Assembly: GCF_030144855.1 (NCBI RefSeq) | Contig: NW_026778903.1 | Location: forward strand, 372,001 to 436,000 | Direction: 5' to 3' | Length of the DNA: 64,000 nt | Source of the DNA: Hypanus sabinus | Lineage: Eukaryota | Shown: positions 13,060 to 24,514 of the stretch, in pieces | Position numbering within the stretch: the stretch's first letter is position 1 | Layout: each line of letters starts with the position of its first letter | Translations under genes and position numbers: made by a program | The notes under the pieces: model-generated | The model's database searches: none | Told to the model about the DNA's origin: nothing | Seen by the model: only the letters and a program-made list of their open reading frames with translations

Positions 13060-13580
13060 AACTATAAGAATTGACAAGGTTGGCTAGGATACAGATCGGA
13101 TGGAAAATTGGGTCGATAGAGACAGATGGAGTTTAATACCAATGGGGACAAGGTGATGTATACTGGGATGTCAAATTCTGGTAGAACATCCAGAGTTTAT
13201 GATGGGACACCGGGGGTGTGGAACGGAGAGTCAGTGGGATACAATTCCAGAGACCCCTGAAAGCAACTACACCATGGGACAGGATGCTGAAGAAGTTGTA
13301 CAGTGCAGTTCCCTTCTGAGATCAGGGGATGGAATGGAAAAGCTGGGATGTTATGTTAGAACTTGACAAGATACTGGTCAGACTGCACTGGGATCACTGT
13401 GTACAGTTCAGTTGACAGCACTACAGGAAGGCTGGGGTCACATTGGAGGGAGAGCCGAGGAGATACACTATGATGTTGTTGGGATCGGGTGGTGGGGGTT
13501 TAGTCATGTGGAGTGATTGGACGGGTTGGAGCAGATTCCTCTGGAGTGTCGGAAGCTGAGGGGAGACCTGATGGATGTGC
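13060..13580 (+). mobile_element. Old CR1 3' fragment (also duplicated at ~38000-38490); its antisense strand supplies the end of gene C's last coding exon
   Basis: YKSWDVMLELDKILVR.HW.HCVQF and LE.RKLRGDL remnants. Confidence 0.7.
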
Positions 13581-16500
13581 TGCTTGAGGTATCAACACTG
13601 CTGACAGTGGGATCTCCCTGTGCGTCTCCATCTCGACCGATCTTCTCCCGCGTTGCCACCTGGAGGTACAACAGAGGGGAAGGTCACTGAGAGTCTGTTC
13701 ACTGAGCAACAGAGATGGGTCACGGAGGCGGTGAGCGATGTGGGGCACTGGAGGGACAGTGAGTGAGTTGAGAGAACTGAACACTAGGATTCCCCAAGAA
13801 GCAACGAGGTCACTTACCGCAGAATGAGCACCAGGACACCAATTAAGACTACCAGCACCACTGTAGAATGGAAATGTTACAATTAGACTGGTTTGACCAG
13901 AAGCATACTCAATCGAAATGGGAAAGTCTGATACCCATCCTCCTCCCCACTCCCATGTCTGCATCAGCATCCACACCCATCCCGGCCGTACCTCCATCCA
14001 TCCCATATTCCCACTTACTCCCCATCTTCACTGCCTTTTGTATCTCTCCATCTTGTCTCTAAATTGCAAGTACAGGGTTCTGTAAACATGGTGTCACCGG
14101 TAGACGGGATGGTGAAGAAGGTGTTTGACACACTGGCCTTCATCAGTCCAGGCACAGAGCACAGAAGCTGGAACATTACATTGCAGTTGTACAAGACACT
14201 GGTGAGGGTTCGTTTGGAATATTGTGTTTCTAGTTACTTTGAATGAAAGGTGCCACTCCGGAGGTCAGTCCAGAAGTTCACAATAACTACTGGGAATGAA
14301 AGTGTTAACAAATGAGAAGTGTTTGATGTTTCTAGGCCTGTATTTGCTGGAGTTCAGAATGATGAGGGAAGGGGGTCTCATTGAAGCCTCCTGGATACAG
14401 AAAGTCCTGGGACGCAGGGAGGACCTTCCCATCAGCAGGAGATTCCAGAATCCAGGAAACAGTGACAGGATAAAGGGACACACACAAAATGCTGGAGGAG
14501 CACAGCATCTATGGAAAAGAGTAAACAGTCAACGTTTCAGACCGAGACCCTTTATCAGGAATAGTTTACTCTTTTCCATAGATGCTGCCTGGCCTGCTGA
14601 GTTCTACCAGCATTTTGTGTGTGTTGCTTCGATTTCCTCTTGTTTGTGACAGGATAAAGGGAAGTTACTTTGGAAATCAGATGAGTAATTTCACCATTCT
14701 GAAAGTGTTGAATTTATGAATTGAGACAAAATCATTAGATGGACAAAGTAGCCACTGAGTGTATGTACATGGTCTCTGCTGCTGTCACACATCCACTTCA
14801 AGGTTTGACATCTCATGTGTTCAGAGATGCTCTTCTGTGCATCACTTGCAATGTGTAGCTTTTTGACTTACTGTCACCCTCATGTTGGCTTGAACCAGTC
14901 TGGCCATTCTCTTCCGACCTCTCTCATTAAAGCATTTTCACCCACAGAACTTTGCTCACTGGATTTTTTTTTTGTTTTGTGTTTTCACATATTCTGTGTA
15001 AACCCTGAATAATGCTGTGTGAAAATGCCAGGTGATCAGCAGTTTCTGAGATACTCAAACACCCTGTCTGGCAACAATCAGTCCACACTTTCTACCAAAG
15101 TACATGACCATACACTTCCCTACACCGTGTTCCATCTGCAACCTTCTTTGCACATTCTCCTAATCTGTCCAAGACCTTCCACACACTTCTTGTTTCCTCA
15201 ACACTACCTACCCCTCCACTTATCTTCACATCATCCAAACCTGGCCACAAAGCAATCAATTCCCTCAAGCTAATTATTGATATACGAGAAAAGAAGTGGT
15301 CCCAACATCAAAACTTATGGAACACCACTACTGACTGGCAGCCAAGCAGAAAAGGTCTCCCTTTATCCCCCCCCCCCCATAATTCTTTGCTTCCTGCCAG
15401 TCAGCCAATCTTCTACCCATATCAGAGCCTTTCCTGTAATACCATGAATTTTTATCTTGTTTAACAGCCTCTTGTGTGGCAGCTTATCAAAGGCCTTCTG
15501 AAAATCCACTGACAACACCCACTGACTCTCCTTTGTCGATTCTGCCTGTTATTTCCTCAAAGAATTCCATCAAGATTTCCTCTGAAGGAAACCATGCTGA
15601 CTTTGGCCTATTTTATCACGTGCCTGCAAGTATCCAGAAACCTCATCCTGAACCTTCCCAACCAATGAAGTCGGGATAACGGAATGATCATTCCCAATGC
15701 CTCAGTGTCTTCAGAACCCTGGTGTATCGTCCATGGTCCAGGTGACATATCTACCTGCAGACCTTCCAGCTTCCCCGTCACATTCTCATTAGAAATAGCA
15801 ACACTCACTTCTGCACCAACACTCTCAGATTTTTGGCATACTGCTGGTGTCTTACACACTGAAAATGCATGCAAAATACTTGATTTGATTGGCAATTTAT
15901 TTGCCCCCCATTACTACTTCTCCAGCCTAATTTTCCATTGGTGCAATATCCACTCTTGTTTCTCGTGAAGGTGGGAGGATGGGACTGAGAGAAAAAAAAA
16001 TCAGCTGTGCTAGAATGGATCAGAGGATTCAATGGGCTGAATGGCCACATTCTGCTTCTACATCCTAGAACAGCTCACTTCAGTCTTCAGGAATGGAAGG
16101 GGAAGGCTCACCTGGAATTACTATCGACACACGCACCCTCGTAGTGGTGTCCTCCACCTCTCTTCTGTCTGTCCTGGTGGTCACTGGCTTCCGAGATGTC
16201 ACCTTTGGTGGCGTAGACAACTGGTCTACTGGTGTCCTCTGCCTGGGACACTCCATGCCTGCAAAACACAGCGGGTACCCCTCAGAGTCCTTAGATCTGC
16301 GTGTGATTCTCTGAGGTTGGACGAGTCCTGTGAGGAGGAGTGGTGAGCTCGGTGCAAAGGGAGCAAGGGGTGAGCCTGTCCACCAGAGCTGGTCTGTCCC
16401 AGGACCCAGAGTCACAATCACACACCGGGGAAACATGCACCTTGGGGCACAAACCAACAGAGCCAGTCCCATTGGCTTGCATTTGTTCCGAAACCTTTCC

Positions 16501-19348
16501 CATCCATGTACCTTTCTGAGCAACTTAAAAGTTGTTATTGTACCTTCATCAAACACTTATTTTGGCTGCTCATTCCAGGTATTGACCACCTGGGTGAAAA
16601 TGCTGCTTAAAACTCTGCATAACCCGGGAAGAAAGGCCATGTATATTCACCACATCCATGCCCCTCGTCATGATAAATAGATACAGAGATAGACAGAAGA
16701 CAGCCACATCATTTACCCCATTGTCGAGATATCTAATACTAGAGGGCAGACATTTAACCAAAATTGGTAACTTTTAATAAAATTTTTGGAAATCGCAGTT
16801 AGTGATGGACTGCTGGAATATGCTGCCAAGGGTGATGGGGAAAGCAGATACAATATAAGGGTTAAAGTGTCTTTAAATAGACACATGAATGTATGGTGAA
16901 TGGACGGATATGGACATTGTGCAGACGCATTTAATTAAGAGTTCTAATTTCAAGAGGGAGCACAGAATGGCTTTCATGGATGGGAGATGGGAGACAGGGG
17001 AATCACGGATATTAAACTATCGGAATAGTGAGATCCCGGAGTGTCGGACCCTCTCCCCCAGCACCTACCTGACGTGCTGATCTCACAGTAGATGGTGCGG
17101 GGGATAACCCAGCTGTAGTTCAGGACAACGCGGTCAGCATCCACTCTGGCCTGGGTGGCGTTTTGACAGCAGAGTCCGTTCCCCTCCCCTCTCGAGCAAT
17201 TGTCTCGAAAGACTCCTGCAAGGTTGTGAAGGTGCAGGCTCTGTGCACCAGAGGGTAAACAGGGGCAGCTGAAGGAGCTGGTGTTGGGAATGAGATCGCA
17301 GGTGCCCTGCTGACCTGTTGGGAGAAATATGTTCCTGGACAATGGGGCCGGGGGAGGGGGAAGGACGTCAACACCCTTAACTCCCCACATCCCATCACAC
17401 ACCCCCGGGGTCAGACACAGAGTGAAGCTCCCCCCACACCGTCCCATCACACACTCCCGGGGTCAGACACAGAGTGAAGCTCCCTCTACACAGTCCCATC
17501 ACACACTCCCGGGGTCAGACACAGAGTGAAGCTCCCCCCACACCGTCCCATCACACACTCCCGGGGTCAGACACAGAGTGAAGCTCCCTCCACACCATCC
17601 CATCACACACTCCCGGGGTCAGACACAGAGTGAAGCTCCCTCCACACCGTCCCATCACACACTCCCAGGGTCAGACACAGAGTGAAACTCCCTCCACACC
17701 ATCCCATCACACACTCCCGGGGTCAGACACAGAGTGAAACTCCCTCCACACCGTCCCATCACACACTGCCGGGGTCAGACACAGAGTGAAACTCCCTCCA
17801 CACCGTCCCATCACACACTGCCGGGGTCAGACACAGAGTGAAACTCCCTCCACACCATCCCATCACACACTGCCGGGGTCAGACACAGAGTGAAACTCCC
17901 TCCACACCGTCCCATCGCACACTCCCGGGGTCAGACACAGAGTGAAGCTCCCTCCACACCGTCCCATCGCACACTCCCGGGGTCAGACACAGAGTGAAGC
18001 TCCCTCCACACCGTCCCATCGCACACTCCCGGGGTCAGACACAGAGTGAAGCTCCCTCCACACCGTCCCATCGCACACTCCCGGGGTCAGACACACAGTG
18101 AAGCTCCCTCCACACCGTCCCATCACACACTCCCGGGGTCAGACACAGAGTGAAGCTCCCTCCACACCGTCCCATCACACACTCCCGGGGTCAGACACAG
18201 AGTGAAGCTCCCTCCACACCGTCCCATCACACACTCCCAGGGTCAGACACAGAGTGAAGCTCCCTCCACACCATCCCATCACACACTCCCGGGGTCAGAC
18301 ACAGAGTGAAGCTCCCCCCACACCGTCCCATCACACACTCCCGGGGTCAGACACAGAGTGAAGCTCCCTCTACACAGTCCCTTCACACACTCCCGGGGTC
18401 AGACACAGAGTGAAGCTCCCTCCACACCATCCCATCACACACTCCCGGGGTCAGACACAGAGTGAAGCTCGCTCCACACCATCCCATCACACACTCCCGG
18501 GGTCAGACACAGAGTGAAGCTCCCTCCACACCGTCCCATCACACACTCCCGGGGTCAGACGCAGAGTGAAACTCACTGCACACCGTCCCATCACACACTC
18601 CCGGGGTCAGACACAGAGTGAAACTCACTGCACACCGTCCCATCACACACTCCCGGGGTCAGACGCAGAGTGAAACTCCCTCACACCGTCCCATCACACA
18701 CTCCCCGGGTCAGACACACAGTGAAGCTCCCCCCACACCGTCCCATCACACACTCCCGGGGTCAGACACAGAGTGAAACTCACTGCACACCGTCCCATCA
18801 CACACTCCCGGGGTCAGACGCAGAGTGAAACTCCCTCACACCGTCCCATCACACACTCCCCGGGTCAGACACAGAGTGAAGCTCCCTCCACACCGTCCCA
18901 TCACACACTCCTGGGGTCAGACACAGAGTGAAGCTCCCCCCACACCGTCCCATCTCACACTCCCGGGGTCGGTCACAGAGTGAAACTCCCTCCACACCGT
19001 CCCATCACACACTCCCGGGGTCAGACACAGAGTGAAACTCCCTCCACACCGTCCCATCACACACTCCCGGGGTTAGACACAGGGTGAAGCTCCCCACCGT
19101 CCCATCACACTCTCCCGGGGTCAGACACAGAGTGAAACTCACTGCACACTAGGGTAAACTTACCAAGAACAGATCCGACTGTCATCACCAAGACAGAGAC
19201 TGCGAGGGACCTGCGGAGGGAGAAAGGTTGAGGTCAGGAGTGAGCCGTGGAATCGGACCAGACCTGTCCAGGTGCGGGTTCAGGGCGGCAGGTCCGGTCA
19301 CCCCCTCCCAGGATATTTCACAGCTCCTGTCCCTCACCCACTGAACAT
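13500..19348 (-). CDS. Cys-domain type-I membrane receptor gene C (~240 aa). Exons: 19338-19348 (tentative), 19164-19210, 17069-17314, 16112-16327, 13818-13860, 13500-13659
   Basis: Every internal exon has AG/GT consensus sites and chained phases (2,1,1,1,2); total 723 nt = 240 aa + stop. Protein: MFSGSLAVSVLVMTVGSVLG|QQGTCDLIPNTSSFSCPC..FRDNCSRGEGNGLCC..VVLNYSWVIPRTIYCEISTS|GLVQPQ..S/T/P-rich stalk..RVSIVIP|VVLVVLIGVLVLIL|RWQRGRRSVEMET..PITPHD*. Signal peptide, 20-aa hydrophobic TM and basic stop-transfer residues are present. An alternative first exon is 19796-19815 (MERASE-R). Confidence 0.8.
14800..15070 (-). mobile_element. Tc1-like DNA transposon remnant (related piece at ~47700-47890, + strand)
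   Basis: ttggcttgaaccagtctggccattct..ctctcatta matches the reverse complement of ttaatgagagggcagactggttca at ~47735; the family assignment is from recall. Confidence 0.5.
15350..15970 (-). mobile_element. Degenerate CR1 RT fragment
   Basis: Reverse strand shows DFQKAFDKLPH-like and KLEGLQVDMSPGP remnants. Confidence 0.7.
17069..17314 (-). CDS. 246-nt phase-1/1 six-cysteine domain exon of gene C
   Basis: tttctcccaacag|GT...TCA G|gtaggt; open frame; aligns with exon 644-889. Confidence 0.88.
17385..19150. repeat. 52-bp minisatellite, ~34 copies, filling the intron between gene C's leader and Cys-domain exons
   Basis: Unit acaccgtcccatcacacactcccggggtcagacacagagtgaagctccctcc; period checked at 17461 and 17513. 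Confidence 0.98.
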
Positions 19349-19989
19349 GCAGAAAACACAGAAAATCCTTCAGGAAACAGACACAGCAAAGAGCTAGGAG
19401 ATAAAGACGTAAAATTCTTGAGAGAACACAGTCAGTCAGACAGCAGTTCGGCTGCCTGAGGCTAATCAGTCAGTGGCTCGTCGATGAAGGCGAGCTCTCA
19501 GCCAGACTGCCTCAATCTAGACAGTCATCCGGAACCCTGCCCTCCCAAAACGTCTCTTTCTCTCACTCTCCCTCTCTCCGTCTCTATCCCTCCCTCTCTC
19601 TCCCTCTCTATTTCCCCATCCTTCTCCCTCTCCCTCCCCCCCCCCCCAGTTGACTGCCTTTCAATTTCTCTCTCTCTCCACAATCGGAGCACAGACAGAC
19701 AAATGAATATCTCCTCGCGCAAAAGCGACTCCGTGCCCTTCACTTCTATTACTACATCTTCTCTCCAGTAGCAAAGCGCCGGGTCCGACAAATACCTCTC
19801 AGACGCTCTCTCCATACCCCGTCACCGATTCTGTTGTCTGCCTCTCAATTTCGCTCCCTCTCTCTCTCTCACTTTCCACAGTCGCCGCGCCGACTGACGA
19901 ACCCTTCTCTCTACGTCCATGCCGGACGGGCTCAGCCCCGTATAATTCTACAGTATTACTCTCTCGCCCTCCCAAAACCTCCCCTATCT

Positions 19990-21415
19990 CTCCCTCGCCC
20001 TATGTGTCCCCTTCTCTCTCCCTAACTCTCGCTCCCTCTCCCTCCCTTCCTCTCCTTCCTTCTCACTCCCTCTGTCCCTCTCGCTACCCCTGCCTCTCCT
20101 CTCAATCTCTCTCCCTCTTCCTTACTTCCTCCTATCCCTCCCCCTCCCTCTCTCTCTCCCTCTGTCACTCCTTCTTTCCACCCCTCTCCCTCCCTCCACT
20201 GCCGCTCTCACTCCACCTCTCCCTCCCCTCTCTCTCGCCCTCTCTCACCCTGACTCTCCATGCCCCAACACCCCTCACTGTCTCTCTCCCTCTTTTCTCC
20301 CTTTCTTTCCCTCGCTGCCCCCTTCCCCTTTCTCTCTGTGAGTGTGTCTGTGGGTTGTGTGTTTGGTGTGTGAGTGTCTGTAGGTTGTGTGTTTGGTGTG
20401 TGAGGGTTTCTGTAGGTTATGTGTTTGGTGTGTGAGGGTTTCTGTAGGTGTGTTTGGTGTCTGTAGGTTGTGTATTTGGTGTCTGTGGGTTTCTGTAGGT
20501 GTGTTTGGTGTCTGTAGATTGTGTGTTTGGTGTCTTGAGTTTCTGTAGGTGTGATTGGTGTCTGTAGGTTGTGTGTTTGGTGTGTGATTGGTGTCTGTAG
20601 GTTGTGTGTTTGGTGTGTGAGGGTTTCTGTAGGTTGGGTGTAGGTTGTGTGTTTGGTGTGTGAGGGTTTCTGTAGGTTATGTGTTTGGTGTGTGAGGGTT
20701 TCTGTAGGTTGGGTGTTTAGTGTGTGAGGGTTTCTGTAGGTTGGGTGTAGGTTGTGTGTTTGGTGTGTGAGGGTGTCTGTAGGTTGGGTGTTTGGTGTGT
20801 GAGGGTTTCTGTAGGTTATGTGTTTGGTGTGTGAGGGTGTCTGTAGGTTGGGTGTTTGGTGTGTGAGGGTTTCTGTAGGTTGGGTGTTTGGTGTCTGTAG
20901 ATTGGGTGTAGGTTGTGTGGTGTCTGTAGGTTGTGTGTTTGGTGTGTGAGGGTTTCTGTAGGTTGTGTGTTTGGTGTCTGTAGGTTGTGTGTTTGGTGTG
21001 TGAGGGTTTCTGTAGGTTGGGTGTAGGTTGTGTGTTTGGTGTGTGAGGGTTTCTGTAGGTTGGGTGTTTGGTGTCTGTAGGTTGTGTGTTTGGTGTGTGA
21101 GGGTTTCTGTAGGTTGTGTGTTTGGTGTGTGAGGGTTTCTGTAGGTTGTGTGTTTGGTGTGTGAGGGTGTCTGTAGGTTGGGTGTTTGGTGTCTGCAGGT
21201 TGGGTGTTTGGTGTCTAGGTTGGGTGTAGGTTGTGTGTTTGGTGTCTGTAGGTTGTGTGTTTGGTGTGTGAGGGTTTCTGTAGGTTGGGTGTTTGGTGTC
21301 TGTCGGTTGGGTGTAGGTTGTGTGTTTGGTGTGTGAGGGTGTCTGTAGGTTGGGTGTTTGGTGTGTGAGGGTTTCTGTAGGTTGGGTGTTTGGTGTCTGT
21401 AGGTTGGGTGTGGTA
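19990..21415. repeat. CT-rich low-complexity tract (19990-20335) followed by a GT-rich compound minisatellite (20335-21415)
   Basis: Modules gtgtgtttggtgtgtgagggtttctgtaggtt and gggtgtttggtgtctgtaggtt repeated in varying order. Confidence 0.95.
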
Positions 21416-21974
21416 TGTGAGGACAGGACAGAATTAGAGTGTTTTCTTAGGAGTGAAGGGGGCTGGGAAGCTCAGTTTTTTTTAAATAATCAGGGGTGTT
21501 GGTAAATCACAGAATATTCCCCTGGGTGGGGTGGGAGTAGAAAATGGACTGCAACACTGTCTGGTATGGGGGGTGGGGGGGCTACTGCACAGAGAGTTGT
21601 GAATCTAGACGGCTCCATCTGGGGTGCAAGCCTACAACTTACCAAGACATTTTCAAGGAAAGGCAGCGTCCATTATTAAGAAGCTCAGGATTTCTCGCAC
21701 AGTCCAAAGATGTAGATAAATAGATCATTATAAATTGTCCTGTTATTCGGCGATGGTTGAATAGGTGGATTACTGAGAGTGCGGCTGAGTTGTATCTTGA
21801 AATAAATAAAAATTAAACAATATTTACCATCCTCATTACCTTCATAAATCTGTCACCCTTTCCCCGCATTCCTCTCTGACCCTTCTCACTTTACTACTAC
21901 CTCTGACCTCCTGACCCTTTCCACCTCCCTACTCACTCTCTGCCATCCTCTGTGCTACCTCCACTCCTCTTGTG

Positions 21975-22145
21975 GCCTCGCCTGCCTCTCCCCCTCCCTC
22001 TCTGACCACCCCCTCTCCCCCTCCCTCTCTGACCACCCCCTCTCCCCCTCCCTGACCACCCCCTCTCCCCCTCCCTGACCACCCCCTCTCCCCCTCCCTG
22101 ACCACCCCCTCTCCCCCTCCCTCTCTGACCACCCCCTCTCCCCTC
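21975..22145. repeat. C-rich short tandem repeat (accaccccctctccccctccct(ctct)g)
   Basis: Direct inspection, ~6 units of 23-27 bp. Confidence 0.9.
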
Positions 22146-22429
22146 ACTGCTTTAGTGGCATGAGCATCGGACTTCAAGGCCAGAGGCTTTCCATCCGGAA
22201 AAACAGACAATTGCTAAGGAAACTGCAAGCTAACTCCAGACTGTCTTTCCTTAATCTCCGGGCCCGCCTCCAGATCTCTCTCTGGCAGTATCAACATCCT
22301 TTCCACCTCATTTCCCCTACCCTTTCGCTGTGGCCAATTCATAGATCGCACACTGCAGGTCAGTCCTGGTTCCGAAGTTATTCCCGCTGAGAAACTGAAA
22401 TACGAACCTGAGGCCGAACCACCATTGGT

Positions 22430-22710
22430 AGGAAGCGTAAGATGGGCGGGGCTTGCGTGGACAGCCAATAAGGAGCCGGAACCGGAGGGGCGGGGATTAT
22501 TATGGCGCGAAAATAACAGCGTGGGGAAGTTTCATCTTGTTAGAAGGTGAAGACTCAGGACTCTGCAATCCTGCGCCGAATGGAGATAACAGATGGCTCT
22601 GTGTGTCCAGGAATCCCGGAGAGCGTTCATGCCGGAATTCCTGAAAGGCTGGGGGAGCTCAGTGGGAACGGCAGTGACTGGAGGCAGAGGGGACTCTCTA
22701 CGTTCCGGGT
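22430..22710 (+). promoter_or_regulatory. CpG-rich promoter-like module and putative first exon (GC box - CCAAT - GC box - E2F); paralog of 56770-57040
   Basis: GGGCGGGG 22444 and 22488, CCAAT 22465, GGCGCGAAAA 22504, ATG 22580; same order and spacing in the second copy. Confidence 0.6.
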
Positions 22711-23372
22711 CAGACCCTCCCAGTGGGTCAAGTTGAAGGGATGCGAGATGGAATTTCTGCTGTGTATGTGAGAGAGGCTCGTCCCCCAGTGAGGTTCTGT
22801 GAGAACGAGAGACTCCATCCCGGTGACGGACTGGTCTCGGCCCGAAACGTCGACAGCGCTTCTCCTTATAGATGCTGCCTGGCCTGCTGTGTTGTTTGAC
22901 GGACTGTCTGTGGTTCTTTCTGCGACGAATGCCTCCCGCCTGCGGAGCTGGCGTTCAGCTGTAGCTCCGCTCGCTGGCGTTCAGCTGTAGCTCCGCTCGC
23001 TGTCCCATCTCGGAATTACAGCGGCTTCACCCTCTGCGTTGGAACAGCAACTGCGGAAAATGTCTCCCGGCTGAGAGAAAAAATGACGGGTTGCAAATCC
23101 GACCCCGGGCTTTAGGGCCGGTAAGCGAGGGGAGTGCACATTGTCATCCCACTACAGGTACATGACCATGGATTGGAGGGGGCGGGAGTGGGGAACGTTC
23201 AGAAGGAAGGAAAACGGGAGCCGTGTGATCGGTGCAACCAGCGGAGGCTGGGGTTGGGCCGGCATGATGAGCGGTCAGAATCCCCGTCAGCAAGGCGGAA
23301 CCCCGGGGGTGAATTACCCCGGAGCTGAGACAGTAATAAGCTGAGGGTTTTTGTCTGTTGGCTGCGCATTAG

Positions 23373-24091
23373 TGTAACCCCCTGGGTCGCCTCAGGCTGG
23401 CTCAGCTCGTTTCGTCTAGGCCCAGGGGGAGCAGCCTTCGGCCCCGCCAAACTGGGTAATCAGCTGGTGTGGATGCTGTGTGATGTCCCCGCCTCGCCCA
23501 AAAACAGACAGTACACCATATGCGATTAAATTACAATTTATAAAGGTTACTATAACTAAGTGATTAATAACGATACAGTATATATGAAAAAAATAAAGAA
23601 AACGCGCCAAACTTATCAAAGTCCAAACCACTTCGTGCACAACCGTTGGAGCTCAATTACTGAAGTCTTCTGGCCACCATTCGATCCCCTCCGAACTCCT
23701 CGACTCGCAGCTCAGGACCCTCCGAACTCCTCGATTCTCCAAACAGCTCAGGACCCTCCGAGTGGTCAACCAAGCACATCTAGCTTCATCCCCCCTCCTC
23801 GGAGTACCTCCCGGCCTCGGACCCCCGCTTGGGGTCCGATCCTCGCCCAACTTACAGCATTGCGACCTCTCTCTCGACCCCCTCGCGCCGATCTGCCCCA
23901 AAGCCCGTCAACCAAAGCTAACAGACTCAGAGGAATGAACATTAATCCCCATTTGGTTTACAAAGGAATACCATTCTCGTTATCAGTACATTGTAACAAA
24001 CAAGCTTCCAGCACTCTCTGGCAACAAAGAAACATTCCTGCTGTTAACAAAGAAACCCTTTCCCAACAGTACCAAAAAAAACCCCTTTACA
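23373..24091 (+). mobile_element. Solo LTR (TGTAAC...TTTACA) with 4-bp TSD TTAG
   Basis: TG..CA termini; TTAG at 23369-23372 and 24092-24095; internal AATAAA; second copy inverted at 43349-44049. Confidence 0.9.
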
Positions 24092-24514
24092 TTAGAATCA
24101 GGTTTCTTTATAAAGGTGATATCTGTTGTTTTGCACAACGGTACAGTGTGATGGCTTAGAAATCTATAAATGATATGGTGTTGTGATCCAATAACAAACA
24201 AGAGAAATTCTGCAGATGTTGGAAATCCAAGCAACACATACAAAATGCTCAGGGAACTCAGCAGGCCTGGCAGCATCTATAGAAAATATCATAGTCAAAA
24301 TGTCGGGCCGAAATCCTTCAGTAGGTCCTGTTTACCCAATTTGTGCCTGTGACTTTTCATGCCCTAACCAATCAGAGTTTTAAATATCTCAATGACTTGA
24401 CCTCCACAGCCGGCCATGGCGATAAATTCCACAGAAATCCATTCTCATTTCTGTTCTAAATGAACGTCCATCTATTTCGAGGCTATGCCCTCTGGTCCTA
24501 GACTCCCGCACCTC

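Noticed and set aside
17385-19150. RSS-like heptamers (CACAGTG variants) or a CRISPR-like array in the 52-bp repeat
   Set aside because: No nonamer at 12/23-bp spacing, and the units are contiguous without unique spacers; an ordinary minisatellite in a eukaryote.
23560-24159. 199-aa ORF (and 156-aa ORF at 43313-43783)
   Set aside because: Lies inside the solo LTR copies; no gag/pol/env motifs.
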